From: Octopus sinensis
Lineage: Eukaryota
Assembly: GCF_006345805.1 (NCBI RefSeq)
Contig: NW_021827679.1
Coordinates: 1 to 9,600 of the forward strand
DNA length: 9,600 nucleotides
Direction: 5' to 3'
Shown: in pieces, positions 1-8,538 of the stretch
Layout of the letters: each line of letters begins with the position of its first letter
Position numbering within the stretch: position 1 is the stretch's first letter
Notes under the pieces: model-generated
What the model was told of the DNA's origin: nothing
The model's database searches: none
What the model saw: the letters and a program-made list of their open reading frames with translations, nothing else
Program-made: the position numbers and the translations under genes

Positions 1-209
1 TCACTCGACAAAAAGATGAATACAAAACTCAGAGCATCATCACCCGGTTTAAACTATTCTAATGTTGCACCCTACCCTGACCTCGGTTCCGACTCAATGC
101 ATGTTGTTCTACAAGCACGCAAACACCAACACACACAAACACTGCACGGCTACAGAATGTACTCGATACAAGCGGTAGAGCTAGATTGATTAACACAAAG
201 TATCGTCAC

Positions 210-211
<2 letters not shown>

Positions 212-247
<36 letters not shown>

Positions 248-386
248 GTGTGTGTGTGCATATAAGTGAAAGAAAGCTGAATTCAAGAGACACCTTTTAT
301 ACCCAAATTTAACATTATTACTCACACACACACATTGATATGGACATATATGTGTGCGTGTGCGTTTATATATGGGTATTAAAGGC

Positions 387-428
<42 letters not shown>

Positions 429-432
429 ATAT

Positions 433-472
<40 letters not shown>

Positions 473-546
473 GTGCGGGTAATGCTATATGGTATATAAA
501 TAATATATATATATATATATATATATCGCACGCGGTGCGAGCAAAT

Positions 547-577
<31 letters not shown>
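212..577. repeat. Compound microsatellite cluster (TG)n, (TA)n, (CA)n
   Basis: (TG)n at 212-258, (TA)n at ~387-471 and ~502-526, (CA)n at 548-577. Confidence 0.95.
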
Positions 578-579
<2 letters not shown>

Positions 580-593
580 TACACACGCATAAA

Positions 594-862
594 GGCGTGA
601 AGGCTAGTGGTGAGGATGCTCCGCTCAGAGTCGTAAGATTATGAGTTCGATTTCTGAAACGTGGCGGTTTTTTTTTATGGCGGATGACGCTTTACTTACC
701 ATCAACCAAGTCTACTTGGCTGATGGTATTTTTGCACTCCTTCCATCTGTCCATTCTTCGATGTTTTGCTAGGTCAGTTGTGGGAGGGACTACATACTTA
801 TGCACCTGGAATAACTAGCGAAAGCGCTACCAGGTCATGCTCGCTCGTGAGTGATGGCTAAG
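594..862 (+). mobile_element. Probable decayed tRNA-derived SINE (third head type) with a structured 3' part
   Basis: A-box-like AGGCTAGTGG (601-610) and B box GTTCGATTTC (645-654). Head TCGTAAGATTATGAGTTCGATTTCTGAAAC resembles the minus-strand head near 5604-5633. Hairpins at 697-728 and 800-838. The 3' boundary is uncertain. Confidence 0.5.
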
Positions 863-913
863 ATTTATATGTATACATACATATACACACATAGATATGT
901 ATACATATATACG

Positions 914-915
<2 letters not shown>

Positions 916-989
<74 letters not shown>

Positions 990-990
990 C

Positions 991-1025
<35 letters not shown>

Positions 1026-1027
1026 CT

Positions 1028-1075
<48 letters not shown>

Positions 1076-1088
1076 TTATCTATCTATC
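916..1088. repeat. (TATC)n / (GATA)n tetranucleotide microsatellite
   Basis: ~170 bp of TATC units with a few interruptions (TACT, TATT). Confidence 0.97.
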
Positions 1089-1128
1089 CATACGTATGCA
1101 TGTACATGTATACATGTATACATGTGTA

Positions 1129-1287
1129 GGCGTAGGAGTGGCTGTGTGGTAAGTAGCTTGCTTACCAACTACATGGTCCTGGGTTCAGTCCCACTACGTG
1201 GCACCTTGGGCAAGAGTCTTCTATAACCTCGGGCCGACCAAAACCTTGTGAGTGGATTTGGTAGACGGAAATTGAAAGAAGCCCTTC

Positions 1288-1326
<39 letters not shown>

Positions 1327-1575
1327 TATGTGTGTGTGTGTGTGTGTGTGTGTGAGTGTGTGTGTTTGTATGTCTGTGTTTGTCCCCCCAACATCGCCTG
1401 ACAACCGATGCTGGTGTGTTTACTTCCTCGTAACTTAACGGTTCTGCAAAAGAGACCGATAGAATAAGTACTAGGCTTACAAAGAATAAGTCCTGGGGTC
1501 GATTTGCTTGACAAAAGGTGGGGCTCCAGCATGGCCTCAGTCAAATGACTGAAACAAGTAAAAGGGTAAAGAGTA
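1129..1575 (+). mobile_element. tRNA-derived CORE-like SINE with an internal (TA)n(TG)n microsatellite, resembling octopus SINEs
   Basis: A box TGGCTGTGTGG (1139-1149), B box GGTTCAGTCCC (1182-1192), CORE-like ACCTTGGGCAAG (1203-1214). Internal microsatellite at ~1289-1365. 3' tail has hairpin TCAGTC-AAAT-GACTGA (1537-1552) and short terminal repeats (AGTAAAAGGGTAAAGAGTA). Family assignment is from recall. Confidence 0.85.
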
Positions 1576-1958
1576 TGTGCGTGTGTGTGTGTGCTCGCGC
1601 GCACTATGGCTTCAATTTTAACACTGATTCTGATTCTAAGGTACCCGACAATTTCCTTTTAGCTTGGCACTTTCACACATACACACACGCAAATGCACGC
1701 ATGCACGCATATTTATGTGTGTGTGTGTGTAAAACTGACCTGTCACACAAACTTTTACAAAGAAACATTAACTGGTTCCATCACTGGTTCTGAGAGTGAG
1801 TGCTATTGTTCGATCCGTAAGATCTACCGAGTAAGTGGATTATCGTGTGAACGTTGGAGTACTTCACAGACATTTTACTCTTATTATAATACTCAGATAA
1901 ATGTGGTGATGTCGTATGCTGTATCTCTCCAACGACACAACATCACTGTGAAAAAATT

Positions 1959-2020
1959 GGGTCGATTCTAGGCTTACTAAAGAACGTTTGCCTAAAGTGC
2001 CGATCATGGGGATATCGAAC
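1959..2020 (-). mobile_element. Decayed inverted fragment (B box plus CORE-like part) related to the 1129 SINE
   Basis: Reverse complement GTTCGATATCCCCATGATCGGCACTTTAGGCAAACGTTCTTTAGTAAGCCTAGAATCGACC resembles 1183-1239 GTTCAGTCCCACTACGTGGCACCTTGGGCAAGAGTCTTCTATAACCTCGGGCCGACC. Confidence 0.55.
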
Positions 2021-2106
2021 AAAGAACTCAACACGCAAACACCACACACACAACAACACCACACACCCCACATACCATACATGTAGGTATATACATCCAT
2101 AAATGC

Positions 2107-2211
2107 ATATATTATATATATATATATATATATATACATTATATATATATACATCATATATACATATATATATATATACATTATATATATATACATATTA
2201 TATATATATAC

Positions 2212-2242
<31 letters not shown>

Positions 2243-2286
2243 ATATTATATATACTATATATATATATATATATACATATATATAC

Positions 2287-2351
<65 letters not shown>

Positions 2352-2373
2352 GTTATACTATATATATATATAT
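2107..2373. repeat. Long (TA)n-rich microsatellite with TACA interruptions
   Basis: Direct reading; the run from ~2297 to 2346 is pure TA. Confidence 0.95.
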
Positions 2374-2377
2374 GCAT

Positions 2378-2416
2378 CAGCATGGCCGCAGCTCTGAGCT
2401 GAAACTACAGAAAAAA
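2378..2416 (+). mobile_element. Isolated SINE/LINE 3'-tail fragment embedded in a TA-rich tract
   Basis: CAGCATGGCCGCAGCTCTGAGCTGAAACTACAGAAAAAA resembles the SINE tail at 1527-1564, CAGCATGGCCTCAGTCAAATGACTGAAACAAGTAAAAG. Confidence 0.6.
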
Positions 2417-2554
2417 TATATATACATGCGTACATATAAACACACACACATATATATATATACATTCATATACCCTGATATTCACATACGTGTACATACA
2501 CACACACACACACACTCACTCACACGCACACACACACACGTGCGCACGCATGTA

Positions 2555-2700
2555 GCAAATTGGACGAGTCGTTAGAGTGACGGCCATGGATTCCAGTTCT
2601 GTACTCTTTGAGTTCAATTGTGACTGCTGTCAATTTTGCCATTCATTCTTTCGAAATTGGTAAATAAAGTACCCGTCCAGGGCGATGGATTGGATAAAAT
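2555..2700 (+). mobile_element. Older decayed copy of the 8889-9104 SINE family
   Basis: TGAGTTCAATT...GTCAATTTTGCCATTCATTCTTTCGAAATTGGTAAATAAAGTACC (~2609-2673) matches the B box and central domain of the 8889 element. Ends are approximate. Confidence 0.62.
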
Positions 2701-3140
2701 GCCATTCATTTGATGTATTTGAAACAGAATCATGCATTCTAACTGAACGTTCCAGGTGAATAAGCATGGACTCACGTGACATACTGATGTCTCCGGATCC
2801 ATATAGGCATTCAAACACACGCACCATATATATATACGTGTGTGTGGAAACTGGTGCATGTGTGTGTATGTGTGTGTACGTGCTGAGATATTTAGAAAAT
2901 GTAAAATGAAACCGATGTTCTTAAAAAAATATGCATATTTAAAAATTATTGGCCATTTTACTAAACAAGATTATCCTACATTCAAATAAGTTCCAGTAGA
3001 TGCTTAGATATGTAAGATAAGTATGCGCAACAGAAACAATAGTCGGGTCAGTTAAGATCATATCGTATATGCTAAATTTAGGCGCAGTGGACAATGGAGT
3101 TAATATTAAGCAAATGTTTAGAGAGACGGTGTGCATGAGG

Positions 3141-3143
<3 letters not shown>

Positions 3144-3194
<51 letters not shown>

Positions 3195-3275
3195 TAATAA
3201 TAATAATAAACAATGCGAAGAGATAGACAGATAGACAGATAGATACAGAGAGAGAGACAGAAGGAGAGAGAGATT

Positions 3276-3337
<62 letters not shown>

Positions 3338-3353
3338 AGAGAGAGAGGGAGAG
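3144..3353. repeat. Compound microsatellite (TAA)n, (GATA/GACA)n, (TA)n, (GA)n
   Basis: (TAA)n at 3144-3209, then GATA/GACA units, GA, TA (~3279-3313) and GA tracts. Confidence 0.95.
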
Positions 3354-4624
3354 TAACGTGGTTATAGGAAAATAATTCAGTAAATTTGATGTCTTCTTTT
3401 GCGATGTGATATGCCCCAAACAATTTCATCATGGGAAACAACTAAAATGTAATTTTGAGACTGAAAATTTAAAAATCAAAAAAGAAAAAAAAGGACATTA
3501 AGCCCTACTTTAGAACATTATGCATAGACTCCTTTGAAATAGATCTCTACCAACCCGTTCCCATATGTAGCTAAAACTGCCTCAACGAAGATACGCGAAT
3601 TACTGGAAACTAGCAACCAAATCTCTCTATAATCACATTGTGTGGTTTGGGCCAAAATTATCCTAGGGCCTATAATATTTACTTTTTGACAGCATACTGA
3701 GATTAACAGTGAGTCCCTAAACCTGTGCCACATCACGAACAACTACCCAGTATGCTTATGGTTTAAAACAGCTCTGCTAATAATCATAACCTATTGTCGT
3801 ACATCAGAATCGAACACTCTGCGTAATGTTGTCGTTCCCGCCACAAAAAAAGGCAGAATGGTCTTGGCTGGAATAACTTTGATTAGAAGTCAAATTGATC
3901 ATTTTTGACCCAGGGCTATACATACTGCTACACTTCTAGATTTATCCTTCAAGAGAGATTGTTAAACGTCTACTTTAGCCGAGAGTTTCAAGCTGATGAA
4001 TAATTTCTCACATAAACGTGCTTAAAGTGCGATGAAAGCTTTGTCAGAGACGGCCAAGGAAATGTTTTACAATTAATGATTCGTTCAAGTTGGGCATTTG
4101 AGCCAAATATTGGAAATCCAATATATCGTGGTGATGGTTTGTATTATCTTCACTTGAATCATTAGACAAAATTCGTCATGTTCTGTTGAAATTTGAGACG
4201 TTTATCAACACAAAGCATATAAAGTTGACATTAATAGACCCATGATCATGTCAACACAACTGTATACACACACGCGCGTGCACATACAGACACACATGCA
4301 CACATTTTTCTGAGCCGATTATACGCTCTATCACTACAAGGAGTTTACTCGCGTCTATGCTTTCAGTCAGCCAATGTATATACTGTGTGCATTATTTTTC
4401 TTTTCTCGGTTCTTTCTTGACAACGATATAAATACGAGTGCTTTCATGCAACACGAGTCCATATCGAAGTAAATAACGCAACGTTTTGTTTTCGAGCACA
4501 ACATCCAAATTAAGTTGGAGATAAAAGTTGCCTTTTGGTGTGTGAACACACCACTTTATGTTAAATTAGTCCAAATGGTTTTCTTTCACCTCCTTTTATA
4601 ACATACACTTTATAATCTCTTATA

Positions 4625-5183
4625 TTAGGTTGTCCGGAAAGTTCCTGCCGATTTTTAAAGGAAAGAAAAAAAGTCAATAAATACTTTCCATTACACTTTT
4701 AATCAACCAAATATGAACCATTTTGTTGCACAATGCGTCTCCATCTTTCCTTTAACTTGAAAATACCCACTTCCCAGAATTGAAGTGGTTTCATGGCAAA
4801 GAATTCATCAAGGTATCTTTTTACGTCATCTAAGGAATTGAAATTTTTACCATTAAGACTATTCTGCAGAGACCTGAATAACTGAAAATCCGAAGGAGCA
4901 ATATCTGGTGAATATGGAGGGTGGGGTAACACATCCCAGCCGAGCTGCAGCAATTTTTGTCTGGTTCCCAAAGCATCAAGTGCCGAAAATGAACTTTCTT
5001 ATCTTCCATTTTAAAGGGTTACAAAATTAACACAGGTTATAGGAACATAAACCTTCTTCCACGAAAAGATAGCTTAAAGTGTGCTTTAAATGGAGGTGTA
5101 GTCAAATCCTATTTTATGGACTCAACCATGTTCTAAAATAAGTAAGCTACTATAAATCGGCACGAACTTTCCGGACAACCCAA
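4625..5183 (-). mobile_element. Internally deleted, non-autonomous mariner (Tc1/mariner) DNA transposon, probably mellifera-like subfamily
   Basis: Left TIR TTAGGTTGTCCGGAAAGTTCCTGCCGATTT (4625-4654) matches the reverse complement of 5154-5183 (TTGGGTTGTCCGGAAAGTTCGTGCCGATTT) at 28/30. TA lies immediately outside both ends (4623-4624, 5184-5185). Transposase remnants lie inside. Length is 559 bp versus ~1.3 kb for intact mariners. Confidence 0.96.
4699..5009 (-). pseudogene. Mariner transposase remnant: first ~15 codons joined out of frame to the C-terminal ~90 codons
   Basis: ATG at 5009 reads MEDKKVHFRHLMLWE, a mariner-type N-terminus. A different frame (4971-4699) reads LGTRQKLLQLGWDVLPHPPYSPDIAPSDFQLFRSLQNSLNGKNF...ERW...NGSYLVD*, containing the YSPDLAPSD-type motif with the third Asp of D,D34D. 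Most of the DNA-binding domain, WVPHEL and the first two catalytic Asp are missing. Confidence 0.93.
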
Positions 5184-5373
5184 TACAAGGCGAATTTTCC
5201 GTCGGCTTCGACCTAACACTTCTGAAACCTTTGCATAATATTTAAATGTCTTTCACTTTCACAGATATTGCAACTCAGCACTATATTTACCTGAGTTAAG
5301 TCTTTCCTTCTGTAAATGATCTCTTTAATCCCTTTTTATCAAATACACACACACACACACACACACACCAAAC

Positions 5374-5650
5374 ATGATGGAATCTCCCAGCGAAGGCGAC
5401 GTGTGACTGTTCAGTTTTTGCTGAACGAGCTGCACAAATGATTTGCTTATAGTAATCAAATGTATGTAGTGTACATTAGATCACTCCCTCCAGCAAATCG
5501 ACGTTACCTGTGCAGGTGAACCGTATACCACACATCAGGTGTTAAAGTGATCTTAGAGCGACGTGAGAAGAAGTGTTTTGCTGGAGAACATAACGCATCA
5601 CTTGGTCCAGAAACTGAAACCACGATCTTTCGATACACGGATTGATGCTG
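5374..5650 (-). mobile_element. Probable decayed tRNA-derived SINE
   Basis: Minus strand reads TCGAAAGATCGTGGTTTCAGTTTCTGGACCAAGTGATGCGTTATGTTCTCCAGCAAAACACTT, a B-box-like segment followed by a GCAAAACACTT SINE-body motif. It shares head similarity with 631-660 and ends next to a (CA)n tract. Confidence 0.55.
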
Positions 5651-6178
5651 CTTTGTATGTGTGTGCGCGCTCGCTTGCATAGAGACAGGATTGCCAAGCA
5701 GATAAAATATTGACCTTCTCAGTCATGGGTTTTGTGTTCGTTTTTGCTTCGAGTGTTTCGTTGTCATTCTAGACTTAATTCTTTAAAATCGCATTTCATA
5801 CCAGTTCTGAAGAATAAGTAGTAGATCGTTTATGATTATCTCAGTAAATTGTTATTCAGTCCAGAATGGGATTAATCTTTGATACGTTTAATTCAAATGA
5901 ATCCGGATTTGAGCATTGGTTACATGAGCCAACATCACTAGTAACAAAGCCACACATACATACACAGACTAACACACACATATATACACATGTGCGTGCG
6001 CATACACACATATACACCCGCATTCACACAGACGTATGCAAACATTAAGATTTTTACTTATAAAAGAAGGGATAATGATACACAGTTTACATTGAATACC
6101 TACATACACACACAAGCTGACACGCTCACACGCACAAACATACACACATACACAGGCACACGCATATGTGTATGTAAT

Positions 6179-6320
6179 GGCGGATAATTTAGTAGAGTCT
6201 TTAAAACATCGAATTTGCGGTAATTGTAGCTCTGCACACCGATTTCAAATTTCGCCGTGGTCAACTTTGTCTTCATTTTCCGAGTTCAAATTAAGTGCCA
6301 GCCCAATACTGGCGTCCATT
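6179..6320 (+). mobile_element. Decayed copy of the 8889-9104 SINE family
   Basis: GATTTCAAATTTCGCCGTGGTCAACTTTGTCTTCATTTTCCGAGTTCAAATTAAGTGCCAG aligns by eye with GAGTTCAAATTCCGCCGAGGCCGACTTTGCCTTTCATCCTTTCGGGATCGATAAATTAAGTACCAG. Ends are approximate. Confidence 0.7.
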
Positions 6321-6494
6321 CAGTTCTTTTTCTAACCCATTATTTTTTTGTTTGTTTCCTTTTCTCCTGGAAAAAAATCAACTGGTCAGACCTCAAAATG
6401 GTCGTCTAAAATGCTCCAAGACAGGCCGTATGCCACAACTCGTGGATGGTGTCGGAGAGGCGTCACCCAGGAGTTAATGCCTCTTAGTATGGTT

Positions 6495-6647
6495 TATATT
6501 TAATATATAAATATATATATATATGTATATATATATGTATGTATATGTGTGTGTGTGAGTGTGTGTATATATATGTATATATATACATGTGTGTATTCAT
6601 ATATGTATATATATATATATATTCATATATATATTATATATATATAT

Positions 6648-6680
<33 letters not shown>

Positions 6681-6992
6681 TGTGTATATCATGCATATAT
6701 ATATGCGTGTATATATACATATATATATATATGTATATATATTGTATATACATATATATGTATGTATATATGCATACATATGAATAAATATATGTATATA
6801 CATATATATTATATATATATATATGTATATACATATATATGTATAATATATGTATTTATATATATATATATGTATATACATATTTATGTATAAATATATG
6901 TATATATATATGTATATATATATACATATATGTATACATTTATATATATATATATTTATACATATATATATGTATATATACATACACACATA
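6495..6992. repeat. ~500-bp degenerate (TA)n/(TATG)n microsatellite
   Basis: Direct reading; it accounts for the six overlapping I/Y-rich ORFs in the track. Confidence 0.95.
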
Positions 6993-7190
6993 TTGATAAA
7001 TTTCCTCTATTTACACAATATTGAGGTCCCTTTCTTTCACTTGTTATCTTACCGTTTTTACCAATATATATATATATATATATGTTCTATAATTGCGTGA
7101 AAAGGAAACTAGGAGTTAACCTGGATTGCAGGCAAAGTAAACACACAATTGCATTGTGGTGATAATTAAAACAAATTAATGATTTACACA

Positions 7191-7253
7191 AAACTAGCCG
7201 CGTTTCACCCACCAAGGATTTGTCAAAGTGGTGGCTATGCTCTTCATGAGTTT
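7191..7253 (-). other. Possible degenerate minimal type-I hammerhead ribozyme motif (Penelope-like element type)
   Basis: Minus strand: AAACT-C-ATGAAGA-GC(ATAG)CCACCA-loop-TGGTGG-GT-GAAAC-GC-GGC-T-AGTTT. Stem I (AAACT/AGTTT), stem II and GAAAC are present, but the core differs from consensus at CUGANGA (first base A) and at the GUH cleavage triplet (GGC). Confidence 0.33.
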
Positions 7254-7567
7254 CCTAAAAATATACTGATGCTGGTTGTAGAGCAGGCGGTTGTAATTGA
7301 GAGATTCGTAGGGGTTTCTAGAATGTAGGGTCTAAGCAGATTGAATGGTAGAGCATGACATCTAGCAAGTTAGGGCTGATTTCCTTTTTCCAGTATATGA
7401 GCGCGCGGCCTGTGTATTTATATATGGGCATTATATATATATATATATTGGGTTCACGGGAAGGTAAAACAACTAAAATTGTATCATGTGTTGTTAGGAT
7501 ACTGTAGATATGTAGGTAACAACCAATGCGGAATTTGAGCACTCATTCTCATTGTTCAACAATTACG

Positions 7568-7760
<193 letters not shown>

Positions 7761-8077
7761 ACAGATAGAAATGTAGTTAGATATAGAGACAGAAAAGAGT
7801 CAGATTGTCCAGCCGAAGCTGAGCAGGAAACATTTCATTTTGCTTGAGGTCGGGACATATAATTCTGGCAACGAAGCCCCAGTGATTTCTGGTAAAGTTG
7901 CTTGCAATATACTTGTGGCCATTCCTGCAGATTAAATAATTTGTCAAATGTCTCAAACTTGGCAGACAGTACGTTACTATCAGCTTTGTTAACGCACCTG
8001 TACATATGAAGACAGGGGCATTCTGTCTGTCTGTATATACAGATATGTGTGTCTCCATGTACATATTTATATGTATA

Positions 8078-8474
8078 TTAGCAGTATCGCCCGGCGTTGC
8101 TCGGGTTTTTAAGGGAAATAGCTATATAAGCATTTTTAGAAAGTTATAGCCCAAAAATAGCAAAAAAATGCTTTGAAAATGGAAAAAAAATGATGGTAAA
8201 TTTTTTTTTAAATCGTTGACTCATTGTAGACATTTTTAGAGAGTTACTTCCCTTATATAATAGCGAAAAAATGAATTAAGATGGAAAAAATGATGGAAAA
8301 TTCTTTTTAAAATCGTAGACTCATCGTAGACGCGCGCTAATACCCAGAGGAGCTCGATATGAATCACGACTATAAGATACCCGGTTTTGGTTAAACTGCA
8401 CCGCAAAATGTGGGAGTAGTTAGGAATCTGAATCGTAGGAGACAGACACACAACTTCACTTTTATATATAAAGA
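8078..8474 (-). mobile_element. Non-autonomous Helitron-like (rolling-circle) element
   Basis: On the minus strand it starts A|TCTTTATATATAAAAGTG (5' TC at 8474). It ends with a GC-rich hairpin CCCGAGCAACGCCGGG (8090-8105) then CGATACTG-CTAA|T (CTRR terminus, 8078-8081). It sits between A and T, has no TIRs, and has a short GTGTGTCTGTCT tract near the 5' end as in Lep1-type Helitrons. Confidence 0.8.
8131..8330. repeat. Two diverged 100-bp tandem units inside the Helitron-like element
   Basis: 8131-8230 and 8231-8330 both begin CATTTTTAGA(A/G)AGTTA, contain ATGGAAAAAA..TGATGG(T/A)AA, and end AAATCGT(T/A)GACTCAT(T/C)GTAGA. Confidence 0.9.
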
Positions 8475-8499
8475 TATATATATAACTCCATGTACATAT

Positions 8500-8538
<39 letters not shown>

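Larger units (their letters stand above)
8053..8511 (+). repeat. Perfect 26-bp direct repeat flanking the Helitron-like element
   Basis: CTCCATGTACATATTTATATGTATAT occurs at 8053-8078 and 8486-8511. The last base of the left copy overlaps the element terminus. Confidence 0.9.

Noticed and set aside
1129-1200. Genuine tRNA gene (also considered at 594-665 and 8891-8980)
   Set aside because: A/B boxes are present, but there is no consistent cloverleaf and each continues into SINE body sequence.
206-3441. Many 65-144 aa ORFs rich in YI, HT, CV, YLSI, poly-L or poly-I
   Set aside because: They are translations of stop-free microsatellites and SINE sequence, with no protein-like composition.
3780-3920. 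Possible decayed SINE tail (shares CTGGAATAACT with 806-816)
   Set aside because: The similarity is too short to define an element by eye.
4699-4971. 90-aa ORF as a functional or domesticated transposase gene
   Set aside because: It starts at a TTG at the deletion junction, is out of frame with the true ATG, and lacks the DNA-binding domain and two catalytic residues.
6539-7024. Six overlapping I/Y-rich ORFs
   Set aside because: Artefacts of the degenerate (TA)n tract.
6993-7065. Short unique island between TA tracts, possibly the end of a dispersed repeat
   Set aside because: No diagnostic structure is visible within the window; classification needs a genome search.
7777-8064. 95-aa ORF or possible exon in unique sequence (an AG acceptor-like TTAATCTGCAG lies on the minus strand)
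   Set aside because: No recognisable motif in the frames I read and no convincing donor site; it would need RNA-seq or homology support.
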